A stretch of 63,915 nt of DNA, filler included, from Chiloscyllium plagiosum (GCF_004010195.1; 6 parts of one record of this genome joined end to end with filler, not necessarily neighbours in it), one strand, 5' to 3'. Positions 25,516-39,597 are shown, counted from the whole stretch's first letter. Notes: generated from the sequence alone by a model not told the origin. A program made the numbers and translations.

Positions 25516-26278
25516 ATATGGACTACAGTAAAGCATTCGACAAGGTTCCCCATGGGAGACTGATTAGCAAGGTTAGATCTCACGGAATACAGGGAGAACT
25601 AGCCATTTGGATACAGAACTGGCTCAAAGGTAGAAGACAGAGGGTGGTGGTGGAGGGTTGTTTTTCAGACTGGAGGCCTGTGACCAGTGGAGTGCCACAA
25701 GGATTGGTGCTGGGTCCTCTACTTTTTCTCATTTACATAAATGAGTTGGATGTGAGCATAAGAGGTACAGTTAGTAAGTTTGCAGATGACACCAAAATTG
25801 GAGGTGTAGTGGACAGCGAACAGGGTTACTTCAGATTACAACAGGATCTTGACCAGATGGACCAATGGNNNNNNNNNNNNNNNNNNNNNNNNNNNNNNNN
25901 NNNNNNNNNNNNTTAATTAATTAANNNNNNNNNNNNNNNNNNNNNNNNNNNNNNNNNNNNNNNNNNNNGGGGAGTCCAGAACTAGAGGGCATAAGTTTAG
26001 GGTGAGAGGGGAAAGATATAAATGAGACCTAAGGGGCAACTTTTTCACACAGTGGGTGGTACAAGTATGGAATGAGCTGCCAGAGGAAGTGGTGGAGGCT
26101 GGTACAATTGTAACATTTAAGAGGTATTTGGATGGGTATATGAATAGGAAGGGTTTGGAGGATATGGGCCAGGTGCTGGCAGGTGGGACTAGATCGAGGT
26201 GGGATATCTGGTTGGCATGGATGGGTTGGACCGAAGGGTCTGTTTCCATGCTGTACATCTCTGTCTCTATGACTCTGT
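25516..26278 (+). mobile_element. CR1 LINE RT domain and 3' end across a scaffold gap
   Basis: DYSKAFDKVPH...SGVPQG.VLGPLLF.IYIN...KFADDTK (RT motifs); 3' end follows the gap. Confidence 0.92.
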
Positions 26279-27254
26279 AACCATGTAAAAGGTCAATATT
26301 TAAAACAAAACACTTGAACATGGTCTCTTGATTGTATCTGACGTCAATTTTGAAATTCAGAGCAACATCATGTCAGTCAATATGGACTGCTTGTCCCTCA
26401 AATATTAGTCCCCTTTCACTTCACAACTGATGTTTCAAGTAAACCAGAAATCAATGTCTCACTAGAAATTTACAGGAGAGACTTGTTAAGAATTTTGAAA
26501 AAATAAAATGATATTTCTGCGGTCTGCTTTATTTCATTAATAGACACTTTGAATTATTTTGAGTGATCATGACTGGTGCTTCTGCATAGGAAAGGTTAAA
26601 GATCACTGTCTGATAAATGAGTCTATAGGCTTTATAAACTAGATTTTCACATGGTACCTCTGTAATGCAGGTTACAGACTAATGTTTATCAGATCAGAGG
26701 AAGAGTTGTGAGGCCATTCTGATTCATTTTTTTCATAGTCAGATACAGAACAGCATTAACAGACCTTAGAGTGGATCAATATCCAAGTGCAGTTTAGTTT
26801 TCTTTCATTGGTCTTCTGATTTCTTTCTAAAATTTATGATTTATCAATCCAAAAACTCTGTTTGGAAGCAGAATTTGGAAAATTGCTGAGATTGGGTGGC
26901 AGTTGAAATCTACAGAACAGAACATTTTGAAAAGCCAAAATCTTCTTAATTCTCCTCCTGATTCTGTACATTTTTTTTAACAAAAGTGGTTCATACAGAT
27001 TTTGCGAAGCAATTCCATCTGGCCTAAACTTTTACATGAGCCAGATGACAAAAACTCCCACCATGCCTCGAGCAATCCCAAGATGTTAGAATCATCATTC
27101 CCACCTTCAACTCAGTGGCAGTTTGCCAACTTGGCACAGCAATAAGTTTCCAGTTAACTATTCGAAAAAGAAAGAAATAGGAAATGTATTACAGTTGACC
27201 CCAGCCAGTATGTGTTTTTGACTTCATTCTAGTCAGTCACTCTGAAATGCTGAA

Positions 27255-27496
27255 AATAAAAGCAAAATACTACAGACTCTGGAAAACTGAAAAAAACATA
27301 GAAAATGCTTGAAAAGCTCAGCAGGTCTGGCAGCATCTGTGGAGAAAGAAACAGATTTAACATATCAAGTCCATCTTTTTCAGAACACAACCCACTTCTA
27401 AAGAAGAAACCTACTGAGCTCAAAACGTTAATTCTGTTTCTCTCTCCACAGATGCTGGTAGTCCTGTGAAGCTCTCCAGCATTTTCTACATTTGTT
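27255..27496. mobile_element. Older Penelope-like inverted-repeat element (family B-related) with 14-bp TSD
   Basis: Inverted arms cagcatctgtggaga / tctccacagatgctg. TSD tctgaaatgctgaa at 27241-27254 and 27497-27510. Confidence 0.65.
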
Positions 27497-29147
27497 TCTG
27501 AAATGCTGAAGTTGGATCTGAGTTTGCATAATTACTTTGAGAAATTCAGATCTACCTTTATGCAAAAAGGTTGTTTTAATGCTTGAGCAGTCAATTGCTG
27601 TAAGATTCTCTGCCAACAATTTGTTTCTTTGGTTACCGAATGAAGTAATGGGTATAGTGTTTACCCACAATCATTTCATTCAGGTCAAATATTGACAGAA
27701 ATATACGCTTTAACTGGAGATTTAGATGCAATGGGTGATATTTTTAACACCTCTCCAAAAATGGCCAGACCAGGAGTGGGTCAATAGCATGACTGGTAAA
27801 GCAGGGAGCTCTGCCATTTCTCCTTAACTGCTCCAGAATTGATTGTTCAGAGATGATGAGCAATATCGTTACCTGATTTGCAGGAGAAGGATTACCAGTT
27901 AAAGAAACATCAGTGTGTGCCAAAAAATTTCAACTGGATGAGGGTTTTTGAAGCTGCACCTATAGTAGGAATAGAAAGGAGACCAGAGAAGACAGTCTTA
28001 GCTGAGGAAGCTGTTCAGGGATCTGAGAGTGCTTGAAGTGCTCATTACTAAATGACAAAAGGAGCAGGACAGCCTCTTCGACCAAGCAGGCAGTGACCAG
28101 GGATGACAGTGGAAGGGTCCTTCCAATGTGGAGATCATGCACCAAGCGGATTCAGAACCTCGGCAAAACGTAAGTGAATGTCATAAGATTTCCCACCCTG
28201 GATGTACTCAGCATTTTTCTGCAAGGCTAAAACCTTACAGGTCCACTCAATCCCTTCTGTCTCCGGGTACCTCAAATCTTCTGCTGAACAGCCAGTACTC
28301 TTGCACTCACGTTTACCTTTGTGTTTTGCACACATGCCTTACAGTCAATCTCCAGGAACATCCAGTGCTCCTCCACACAAGCTATTTCTGTCAAACACTG
28401 TTCTCTCTGTCCTTGCTGAAGATAGCCACAATTTTGCAAAGAGGCAGAGATCTGGATGAGGATTTTGACCCTCAGATCATAGGCACCTTCGCAGGGGCAG
28501 GTGATCTATGCCCACAAGGCCAACAGAAATGGTTTTGTAAGCGCTGATCAGCTGTGGGAGGCTGAGTCAGATACACTAATGCTCTCACATGTTGCAAGAT
28601 CTGAACCTCTTTTTTGGGATGCACCTCTTTTAAGTTGGGTCTCAGTGTTCATTCCATCTGTCCTATAGAGCATCATGAGAACAACAGATCCATAAGCCTA
28701 ACATCAGACAGAGGGGAAAATGCTGGAATCTATAATAAAGAACACAGCAACATAAGAGTTAGAAAATGATGGGTAAAATTGAGTGGAGCTAGCATTTATG
28801 AAGAGAAATCAACTTTAGTAAACCTACTCAAGGTTTTTAAGGAAATAACGTCAGATTAAAAAAGAGGAAAGATGTGGCAAATTTAGAATTTCAAAGCTTA
28901 TGAGAAGATCCCACAACAAGGTCAGATATTAGTCAATTCACCCAAATGTCATGCTGCCCATTCCATTATACAGTTGGTATGGGCAGGTGAGTGAAATTGT
29001 TGTTTTCTGTTAACCTAGCTGGTTAATGTGAAGGACAGGCAGATCGGTTCTTTGAGGTTGCCCTGGTCTACTGAGGGCATCCCTCCATTATGTCACCCTC
29101 AATATTATCACTTCTCAGCCAGCTTCCACAACCTGACCCATCCAAGT

Positions 29148-30740
29148 CTGTGAACTTTCTATAGAAAAGAAAGAAACTGAAATATACAAGTCATCCGAGA
29201 TGGTGGGGCACCTCTTCATCTTGTATGTGCTAGAGAGTAACTCAGGCACCCCAATCCCACCTTCAGGAAACATTCTCTGCCTAAAAAGCTTGGGACTTTC
29301 CTAGTTCCAGGATCTGTCTTCAGTCTTTGTGGGCTGACTTGCAGGCCTGGTAATGCCCACAATAAAGCTCTAGAATTGTTGGGATTTCCCCCACTGGGGT
29401 CAGAAGCCTGACGCTCATCTCCTAAAGGCCCAGAGCAATTTAGGGCAGTGAGCTAACCTTATTCGTTTATGGTCCATTTGTGATTGATATACCTTCTAGG
29501 GAAAGGAGGTGAGGGCTTTTTGGGAATGGAGTTAGTGAGCATTTCTCCCTAGCCCCCCCAGTTTTATATTTTGTCAATCTCCATAGGAATCAGGAACATT
29601 TCGAGCCCAAATTTACTTCAGCACAAATGAGTGCCAAAGGACTATCCATGTGACCATTTAATATGGACATGTTGATCACTGATGGGTGCTCACAGAAGTG
29701 TTATGTTCCAAGATATTTTGTCTCCAATCACCTTATGGTCACCTTCACCATGACCTAAATAACAGTCTGCTGTCTCTAGGCTGCAAGACAGTAGGCTTAT
29801 CCTGCAGATTCTGCTGTTTGGTTTATCCTTTATGGGAACCTCCAGGCAGCTGGTGGATAACTGTTAGGTTATATTCTGGTCATGAATGGCCTATATCACC
29901 AGTAACACTTACTGATGTCCTGACATGACTGAGCCAGTAAGGTTGCAGGAATAGTCTCTCGTACCTGACTTGTGAATTGTGTATATAGTTAATACAAGGT
30001 TCCTGTTCACCAGGATGAAGATCAAACTGTCCTTTGTGCACCCACAATAGGACCTCACAACAACCGTTGCCTCGAAATTAGACCATTCCATCCAAAACTG
30101 GATCTGCAGCAACACTACAAGCTCTATCTGAGCATTTTATGGTAACTGAATAAGTACACGTTTTAAAACTGTAAGACTTCACTCGTTGCTCAGAAAGTCA
30201 AGGAAAGTCATTTTTGATTGAATTGTTGCTATTTAAATAGTACATTGGGTGCATCAACAAAAACCTCTCAAGCGCCTGAAAGATTGTAAAGTTATTGGCC
30301 CAGACACAATAGGCTGACTGGCTTTTTTTCGCACGGTAACAGTTCTGTAATTTGTTCTGCATAACAAAAGGAAATGAGATCAAAATGCAAGCCAGATGGA
30401 AAGATTTGAGAGGGAGAAAAGGCTACCTGAACAAAAAAAATCCCCACTAATTAAACAGTCTCATAGTATAGAACAGACAAAATCAGAATGAGGTCACTGC
30501 TCCAATTTGAGGATTTGATAAAGTCTAGACTTGGTGTAAATGGAAAGTTGCTTGTGTAGTTGCATGCTTACACCTCTTGGACACCTGGTGTTCTAATTTT
30601 CCTTCCGCTTTAGATTTTCTTCCCTTCACAAATTGGGGTGCCTGAGTTACTCTCTAGCACATACATTATGAAGAGGTGCCCCACCAGCTAGGGTGACTTA
30701 TATATTTCAGTTTCTTTTTTTTTCTATAGAAAGTTCACAG
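29148..30740. repeat. Inverted duplication of about 108 bp (29148-29255 and 30632-30740)
   Basis: ctgtgaactttctatagaaa...gtgctagagagtaactcaggcaccccaat and its reverse complement, with a few mismatches. Confidence 0.92.
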
Positions 30741-30833
30741 CTTTGCAAAATTGTTAGCTCCTGATGGTTCTTAATATGCTTGGGTGAAAAATGCATTGTA
30801 GGTTAAGTACCTCCACTGTCATCATTCTGCACG

Positions 30834-31146
30834 GAATCACAGAAGCCTTGCAGTGTGGAAGCAGGCTATTTGGCTCATCAAGTCCAAGTAGATGAGCCTT
30901 CCAAAGAACATCCCAACCAGACCCACCCCATAAATATGCATTTTCCCATGGTTAGTCGACATATCCTTAGACACTGAGCAATGTAGCATGGCCAATCCAC
31001 CCACCCGACACATGTTTGGTCTGTGGGAGGAAACCAGAGCACCCAGAGGAAACCCACTCAGACACTGGGAGAATGTGCAAACTGCATACAATCGCTTGAG
31101 AGTGGAATGTGAGGCATCAGTACTAACCACTTTGTCATCGTGCCAT
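30834..31146 (-). mobile_element. HE1-type V-SINE
   Basis: ctgtgggaggaaaccagagcacccagaggaaacccac V-domain on the minus strand. Confidence 0.8.
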
Positions 31147-31595
31147 GCTTGGCAATTGCTACCTCCCTGTCAACTTAGCTACATCTGTGAAAATCTCCAC
31201 GAGGGCGTAAAGCTCTTCTGCCCAAAAGGCCAAGATCATAATCTCTCTTCTCTACTTTCCTCTGTATAAAGGTAATAACTTCCTTATCTTACCTTGTAAG
31301 AGTGAAGTGAAAATGAAAGACCATTATGAAGATGGATTCATCCAAGTGTTCATAACTTTACTAATACCTTCTATTAAAAGGTCAGGTCTATAATCTAAGT
31401 AGAGGATTATGATGAATGCTGCACAAAGTACACTATCATCACAAAGTAGGATTTGTAACTGTTCTCTCCATCACTTGGACATTGAGTGTATGAGAATGGG
31501 GAGACCTGGGAAATTCCAGAAATGAAAGGACAGCAGCGAAAGGTAAATGCAGTGATGTCACTCAGTCATTCCATGCAATACTACAGTTTGCAAAT

Positions 31596-32232
31596 GTAGA
31601 ATAGGGTAACTAGGGAGAGAATAGGGCCCCTCAAAGATCAGCAAGGCGGTCTTTGTGTGGAGCCACAGAAAATGGGGGAGATATTAAATGAATATTTTGC
31701 ATCAGTATTTACTGTAGAAAAGGATATGGACGATATAGACTGTAGGGAAGTAGATGGTGACATCTTGCAAAATGTCCAGATTACAGAGGAGGAAGTGCTG
31801 GATGTNNNNNNNNNNNNNNNNNNNNNNNNNNNNNNNNNNNNNNNNNNNNTTAATTAATTAANNNNNNNNNNNNNNNNNNNNNNNNNNNNNNNNNNNNNNN
31901 NNNNNGGTCTTTTCTCGTTGGAACGGCGAAGGATGAGGGGTGAGTTGATAGAGGTTTATAAGATGATCAGAGGAATAGATAGAGTAGACAGTCAGAGACT
32001 TTTTCCCGGGTACAAGGGGACATAAATTTAAGGTGAAGGGTGGAAGGTATAGGGAGGATGTCACGGGTAGGTTCTTTACCCAGAGAGTGGTGGGGGCATG
32101 GAATGCGCTGCCTGTGGGAGTGGCAGAGTCAGAATCATTGATGACCTTTAAGCGGCAATTGGATAGGTACTTAAGCTAGGACAAATGTTCGGCACAACAT
32201 CGTGGGCCGAAGGGCCTGTTCTGTGCTGTATT
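31596..32232 (+). mobile_element. CR1 fragments on either side of a scaffold gap
   Basis: MGEILNEYFASVFT (ORF2 linker) before the gap. A different CR1 3' end with a (ttctatg)n tail follows it. Confidence 0.85.
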
Positions 32233-32426
32233 GTTCTATGTTCTATGTTCTAAGAGTGAGATTGGCCACTCAATCCCTTGGGTCTGCTCTATTATTCAAT
32301 AACATGGCTGATTATCTACCTCAAAACCTATTATTGTTGAATCTCTTGATGCAATTAGCAATTGGAAATCCATCAAACTCTGTCTTAAACTTACTGTATT
32401 ACTCTAGACTCCCCAAGACTCCCTGT

Positions 32427-32730
32427 GGGTGGCACAGTGACTCACTGGTTAGCACTGCTACCTACACAGTACCAGGGACCCGGATTTGATTTCTGCTTCG
32501 GGCAACTGTCTGTGTGGAGTTTGCCCGTTCTCCCTGTGTATGTGTGGGTTTCCTCTGGGTGCTCTGGTTTCCTCCCACAGTCCAAAGATGTGCAGGTCAG
32601 GTGAATTGGCCATGCTAAATTGCCCATAATGTTAGGTGCATTAGTCAGGGGTAAATACAAGGTAGCGGAATGGGCCTGGGTGGGTTACTCTTCAAAGGGT
32701 CGGTATGGACTGTAGGGAATCTAATCTAAT
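32427..32730 (+). mobile_element. HE1-type tRNA-derived V-SINE
   Basis: tRNA-like head ggcacagtgactcactggttagcactgct...gggacccggatttgattt, V-domain gtggagtttgc...gtgggtttcctctgggtgctctggtttcctcccacagtccaaaga, (ctaat)n tail, flanking caagactcc duplication. Confidence 0.85.
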
Positions 32731-34674
32731 CAAGACTCCTGGGTCTCTTGCTATGATATCAGTGCTCAGGTGGCTCTGAAAATAATTTTTAAAAAATACA
32801 ACAATAAAATCAATAGTGACTCTGGGGTTAGAAGTTCAATGAGTTAATAACATCCAATCATACATGTAATTTTGAACTTATACTTTAGTTATGTCCAAGA
32901 TATACATTTAGCAATACAAAAATGCGTGGTGATTTATTTTAAAAAGCTGTCAGGAGAAAGTTCTGTTCTTATTTTTTTCAGTTGAGTTCAAACATTCTGC
33001 CAAACATCAGGCTATATTTAGGGAAAGAAAGAAGCCAAAGCCTTGTTTACATATTAAATTTTCCTCAATACAGAAACTAGAAGGATTTCAAATTATTGTC
33101 AATTTCACTCAAATACCTTAGCTTCTTCCTCAATCTAACATTTTTGAATCTTTGATGTTTGCGAACAACATCCTGTTTTAACAATGACAACTTAAATTTA
33201 TGATCTACTCTGAGCTTGGTATTTCTTTATAAGACTGGGGGTCAGGATAGTGGATGATGTTAGTGGAAGAGGTCAAATGATTTATGGTTTCCATCATTAA
33301 CAACCTTGTCCCCGTCCTAGATCTTAACTGCAACAAAGTCATGACCTTCTGTCTGACCATAATGGATGTTCTTGATCATTCCCTTTGGTCTCTGTTTATG
33401 TCTGTCCTATGGCCCCAGCTTCCACACTGACACTCTCCTGACATGGGTTGAGTGGCTTCCAGCAAGACCTAAGGTCACTTGCCCTGGGTTTTGAAACAAG
33501 CAAGTTTGATCAGCAAGTTGTTATGCTTGACACTTTGATTTTAGCCAAATATAGGGAAAGGTAGCTGTTTTTTTTTAACAATCTTTTAATTTATTTTGCT
33601 AGTTTCTGTCTGTAAATTAATATCCAATGCTAGTATCAGTCTAAGAGCAGTTTTCTTTATTGTGGAATCCATTGTTGTTTAGACAGTGGTTTGATATTCA
33701 TCATCACTTTCTCTTTTGCAACCTGCTTACCAGACCCTTTCTTTATACGGCACAAAAAAAAGTCACACTATAGGATAACTTATTTTGGAATGTTTCTAAC
33801 TCAGTAGTTTATTTCATTACCTCTATGGAAAGCCCATGAAGGGCATACTTCTAATCTCCAACACATTCATTTACATTTCAAATGTCATTCCCACTGTTGA
33901 TGCTCCTACCTTCCCTGTCAAACAATCAATGGCCAATGCCTGTGTAATTTACAGATTATACATACTCCATGTGTGTTTCACCAAAATTCAAAAATATTGC
34001 TTCTCAAATTTACATTAGCACAGGTGTTGATTTTATATTCTGAGCTCTGATGCCTGAGGTTTTGATGAGCCCCCAACAGTTAGTCAAAATTGCGATTGGT
34101 ATTAATTAATAAAACTCACCCATTGGTGTCTGCTATCCATGGGGCAATCATTCTGAGCCAATAGTGGATTCTGCTGATTTATACCGAGTTGTAGGACAAA
34201 TGCCACATTATATGGGGAGTTTTACATGGGAGTTAGAATTTTAACTAGCAGAGTCATATGCACGCAGTTATTATTTATTGTGAGAAGGAAGCTAGAATTA
34301 CTATTTATTTTGTAATAAACTAGTAATTCTTGTTAAAAGTGCAGAAATCTGGTCTTTGCCTTCTTTCATCCTCAGTCTAAAGGAGAATTGTGGTATTTTG
34401 TTTACTTTCTGAAAATCTTCAACTTTTGTGATAAATCCGAAAAACCACAACTTGGTTTAAGCCAGCTACCTCACTGAGGCGTGACAATACTCAATACCGT
34501 ACGCCAAGATATGCACACACTCAGCCATGCTCCTCTTCAGTTTCACCCCACGTTATCTCAGAGCTGTCCTTGGTACCGGTTCTGTTTAATTCTTCATCCC
34601 ATTTGATGCTTTAACAAGAAACCATTTCTTCCAAGTGTGATGAAATGGAAGTTCCAACAACTAATAAGTATCAG

Positions 34675-34848
34675 TGCCCTAGTTAGCTGGTGAGTGATGC
34701 CAACAGTGTGGCAATTGAATCCACACTGAGGTTACCACAAAGTTCCTACCTTCTCAATCTCTCACCTTGCCTGAGGTGTGATGATCCTCAGCTTAAACTC
34801 CACCAGTTACCTCAGACAGTAGCCCTCGAGGTCTACAGTAACTTTTGT
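34675..34848 (+). mobile_element. Short SINE-like repeat; inverted relative at about 63540-63667
   Basis: ccttctcaatctctcaccttgcctgaggtgtgatgatcctcagcttaaactccaccagt is homologous to the reverse complement of 63597-63657. Confidence 0.5.
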
Positions 34849-35640
34849 TTAGGGGTCCCAACCTAGAGTCCTGGTGAACCTCACTATAAACCTTCATCCA
34901 GTCTAAAGCAAAAATCGCCTGCTGCCTGTCATTCAGCAAATTCCATATACATTTTGCTACTGTCCATTTTATTCTGAGCTTTAACTTTGTTTGCAAGTCT
35001 GCTAACTGGCACTCTAACATAGCACCTTTTGGAAGTCCTTGTACACCATAGCAAACATTCCCTTCACCAACCCTCTGTTGCCTTATCAAAACACTAAACT
35101 TAAATCGCTTTTCATAAATCAGTGCTAGCTTTTGTAAATTAATCCAATTTATCCAAGTGTCTTATAAATTTATCGTAAATTATAATTTCTAAAGCATACT
35201 CACTACTGAAGTATAGGTCTACAGCCAGAAATCACTAATATTGCTATTTCATATCTTATATTTGCCCTACTTTTGACCTTTAAATAAATCTGAATGTATG
35301 TTATACTTTATAAGCTTTGATTTCAACCATAGAGTGAGTGCGCTTAAGTCAAAATTAATTTGTGATGTGCAGCAATGGACAATAGCTAGTCATGGATTTT
35401 GGCCCAGTTCCCAAGAATACCCAGCTGTGTCTTGACTGGATACTCTTCTAGCCCTAGAAGCTTGATGCCAAGTTGTTCCACCATTATTCAAAAAGAGGAA
35501 CTGTCCTTATTAGATTGACCATGATAAGCTTTAAACTTCAGGCCAGGTTGATTGACCACCCTATGTAAGATTATTCAATGAGATGGAGTTCAATTAACAG
35601 ATGATATACAATCAAGGGAAAACATCAAGGATTAAACAAC

Positions 35641-35716
35641 AATCTGAAGGGTTCTTGCCCGAAATATTGATTCTCCTGCTCCTCGGATGCTGTCTAACCT
35701 GCACCCCACTCTCAAC
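35641..35716 (+). mobile_element. Penelope-like family B pLTR fragment
   Basis: gaagggttcttgcccgaaatattgattctcctgctcctcggatgctg, homologous to 12820-12870. Confidence 0.6.
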
Positions 35717-35938
35717 AACAACCTTAGTTCTACAAAGCATGCAGATTTTGCTAAATCTGTGAGGGATAAGACTCATTCTGGGTTCAGACATTTTCAGAAA
35801 CTAAAAAAGGCTCAGACGTCTGGAATGGAACCAGAAGATTGGCATAAAAGTACACTGCTTCCAGAATTTACTGTTGCAGCCAAGTGCTCAACAGTCAACT
35901 ATTGCAGACCTCAAAAGGAAGGGATATTCATTAAGATG

Positions 35939-36106
35939 GGAGAAAATGAGGACTACAAATGGTGAAGATCAGTCGAGAGTGTGGTGCTGGAAAAGCACAG
36001 CAGGTCAGGCAGCATCCAAGGAGCAGGAAATTCGATGTTTTAGGCAAGAGCCCTTCGTCAAGAATGAGGCTGGTGAAGGGCTCTTGCCCGAAATATCGAT
36101 TTTCTG
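35939..36106. mobile_element. Penelope-like family B inverted element, truncated next to a HE1 SINE
   Basis: Family B tail and arm, then an inverted ctggtgaagggctcttgcccgaaatatcgat (decayed hammerhead). Confidence 0.65.
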
Positions 36107-36119
36107 CCCCCCCCACCAC

Positions 36120-36380
36120 CATCCTATCCCTGTAATCCTGCATTTCCCATGGCTAATCCTCCTAACCTACTCATTCCTGGACACTATGGGCAATTTAGCA
36201 CAGCCAGCCCACCGAAACTGCACGTCCTTTGACTGTGGGAGGAAACCAAAGTACCCAGAGGAAACCCACGCAATCACAGGGAGAGTGTGCAAACTCCACA
36301 CAGACAGCCACTCAAGGCTGGAATTGAACCCTGATCACAGACACCGTGTGGCAGCAGTGTTAACCACTGAGCCACCATGC
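36120..36380 (-). mobile_element. HE1-type V-SINE
   Basis: V-domain and tRNA head (taaccactgagccaccatgc). Confidence 0.82.
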
Positions 36381-38009
36381 TGATTAACTGGTCAGATATC
36401 CAACTTTGTCTAAAGCTAACTGGAGACTGGGTGTGCATATGCAAAGTGTCATTGTTACAATTTTGAGAGACTTTTAATAACTTGGGGCTATTTTTACCAT
36501 TTTAGATCATGACCAGACTAGCTTGGGATTCAAAGCTAGTGCTGTAATAAGATTATTTCTTTTGACATAAAAACATCTTGGCAGTACAACTTGACAAAGC
36601 ACCAGGAGACTGGTACAGTTTACGATACTTTATTCAAAAATATGCTAAGACGGCTCGGCTTCAGCAGTTTAAGACTAAATTTGGGGGAAAAAAAAAGACA
36701 AATCTCCTCTCATACAGACATGAGGTCATGTATTCAATTTTAATCCCACCAGTTTAAATTTATAGGCTAAACAGATGTCCCCAAAATGTTTACTTATCTC
36801 TCTCCATAACAGAAATTGTTCATATACATTCAAAACCTCCCATTATCCTACATTTGTGTAGTACCAGCTGTGTTGTTTCTATCATGTACTCCCTGACCCG
36901 GTTCTTTATACTAGTCTCATTCCTTATCATGTCTAAACTATATCTGATCTCCTATACACTTTACATTTATTTTACAAAGACCATTTCTGACTGAAACTAT
37001 TTAATCTTTGTTCAACTATTTCAGCTCCCCACTTTGTTTCTTGGTTTTACTCAAGATAGTCTTTTTGTCTCATGTTCTGTGTTCATAGATGCTGGTCTGG
37101 TCTTGAGTTTAGGGTTAAGAGATACCTGGCTATACCATTTAGATAGGAGAGTTCTGCAATACAGGCTCTTGCCTCATCTGTCTATTCCTGGAATTCCCCA
37201 AATCCTATACTTTTGCAACCCCTTTTGTCTCCTTTTGGTGCAGTATACCAAGTATTTATATTTAGAACCAATACCAACTGGATGATAACCAAAAAAATGG
37301 GAGATTATTCTAATCCATGAGTATATCTATACACCCAATGCCTAAATCTAAAGGATCTTCCACCAAGTCATTGTATTTATTTGCTCCATATCATCAGGTA
37401 ATGGAGCTTCAAATCCCAAGTTTATTAATTGTATTTACATTCCACCTGTCACAAGAATGGGAATCTCATATCCTGAGCATGAGACAGTGTCTGGATTAAT
37501 AGTACATCAACATTACTCCACTACCCTCATCTACGACATTCATTACATTCATACAAAGTCTAATTTAAACCTTTTACCATAATTCTACCTAATACCACAC
37601 TATTCCCCGTTCTAGTAGGAAGTTTCTCTCCAAATTATCTGTTTTCCGTGATTTGTCTTGCTAATATTATGCCCTCGTTCTCACACCCCTGTCAAGTTAG
37701 TTAAGATTCTCTTCAATAGGACCAGCATAAAGCCTTAAAAGTTACAAAAAAGTCATCCTCTACTTGTTAATTCTGCAATTTATGCACCAAATTAAATACC
37801 TTTGTTCATTCCATCCCATTATCTAGCCAAGCCATCGATTGATGATAAATGCCACAGGATAAGTTAAAGAATCAATCTTGTCAATATACTCAAGAGGGAA
37901 AAATGAGGAAGGGGAATAGAATCTGAAAAACAATTTGGATTCACTGCAATCTTTTATTTTACAAACTTATTTTATTCCGCCAAAATGGTCAGTAATTTGT
38001 TGTTTGTAT

Positions 38010-38235
38010 ACAAACAGGAGGCTGAAAGCCAGTCAGCAACAAGAGGTGGAGAAGTCGGTTGATTGATGGGAGGGATGAATCTGGTTGGTAGCTGGAAGGA
38101 AGGGTCAGTAGGTGGAATGGAAGGGAGAAAGCGGAGCTGGAAAGGGAGTCGGGGATAGGTGGGAAGGTTATACAAAATTTGAGAACTCAATATTAAGACC
38201 TTGGGCTATTAGCTGCTCAGGTGGAAGATGAGGGG
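38010..38235 (-). mobile_element. Penelope-like element, GIY-YIG endonuclease C-terminal remnant and pyrimidine-rich 3' region
   Basis: Minus strand LIFHLSS**P, frameshift, GLNIEFSNF, matching the PLE terminal motif LIFxLxTLxPxGLN. Confidence 0.65.
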
Positions 38236-38636
38236 CAACACCTCAAAATTTCACTAGTCTACATTCTGACAAAATTAGTCAAATTATGTCACTTAGTTAT
38301 TTAGAAAATATGTAACTAAGAAATATAATTATCTAGGTATCTGGTCATAACTATTATTATGTCCATCTTTGCCACATACCCACTATTCCAAAACATTTAC
38401 CTTATCTTGAGCTTTGATTTATTAACAGGTGAGATAGGAAAAGGATGAAGATGAAGCAAAAGATGAAGCATAATATTTATTATTACAGTAAATATGTAAA
38501 TTTCATTTTTACATAGTGATCATGATACTGTTTTATGTTCTTGAAAAAAATACACATTATCAAAATGATTTAATCTGAATTATTGTGGACACCATAACTA
38601 GAACTTATCTCCTTCTCAGTTGGGTCTGTTCTACAT

Positions 38637-38642
38637 TTTATT
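38637..38642 (-). terminator. Candidate USP35 polyadenylation signal (AATAAA), implying a 3' UTR of about 3.8 kb
   Basis: tttatt on the plus strand, near the end of an AT-rich, repeat-poor stretch downstream of the stop codon. Other AATAAA hexamers exist, so the exact site is a guess. Confidence 0.25.
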
Positions 38643-39597
38643 GTAGTAAACTACCCTGCATACATAAACAGCAAGAGTTAAGGCTTTTCAATAATCATTT
38701 GTTTGTACAATTTATACAATTCCATTAATTGATATAAAGAAGAATAAATATATTGCCATGAACAGAAGTGTATTCATAATAAATTCACTTGGCTACTTCT
38801 GCAATTAATACTTAGTCAACACAGGTCTTCATGCCATATTAGTTCCCTTAGTTGACTAGAATAGTTGCATATAACAGTCTAATTGTAAACAAAAACATAG
38901 ATTTATGTTAGTTTTCAGTTCTGAGGCAAAGTATAGAATTATACATAAATACAGAAACATCATGGATTAAGGCATTACATCTTCACATTTCAAATCTGAA
39001 ACTCTGGCATTAGAGAAAACATGTAAATTGTTTATTTGATACCAGATTTCCTATATTCACTTTATATTTCTATATATAGCAGCCTGCCTAATACAATCAT
39101 TGACAATTAAAACAAGTTGTTTTGCTAATTTCTGAGATATCTGTTTCGGGAACTACAAAACAAAAAGCTAGAAACGTTATCAACCTATTTCTTTTAATTA
39201 CAGCCAAGAAAGATACAGCTGAACTATGGACTAGGTATGTGAGTTCAGACAGGAGGTTAGGAAGGAAGAAACATTTAACTTATGTCTTATCACACAAATA
39301 TAAAATTATGAAGTACCAAAGTTAGCTGCCAAAATTTACCTGTTGTTTTAATCAGAGAACTTTTAACAACTATTTACAAAGGGAACATCAATGGCATCAT
39401 AAACTAACTTTTGATCACACAGAAAATTAATTTGAGTTATTAGTGCCTGACTACTTATTACCTCTTTGAAAATGACAAGTCAACAAAACAAGAAACAATA
39501 CAATTATTAACAAATAATAAAATAACATATACAGGTTACAGAAAGGATCTAGATATGCCAGTGGACTCTTGCTTTTTAGAGTTACTGTACATGTCAA

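Noticed and set aside
27990..30130. Harbinger Myb/SANT and transposase remnants
   Set aside because: Only faint motif echoes with inconsistent spacing and strand; cannot be supported without a profile search.
32427..32500. tRNA gene
   Set aside because: It is the tRNA-derived head of a V-SINE and continues into SINE body and tail; no intact cloverleaf.
36900..37650. Old L1 ORF2 C-terminal fragment on the minus strand
   Set aside because: Similarity is too degenerate to call by eye.
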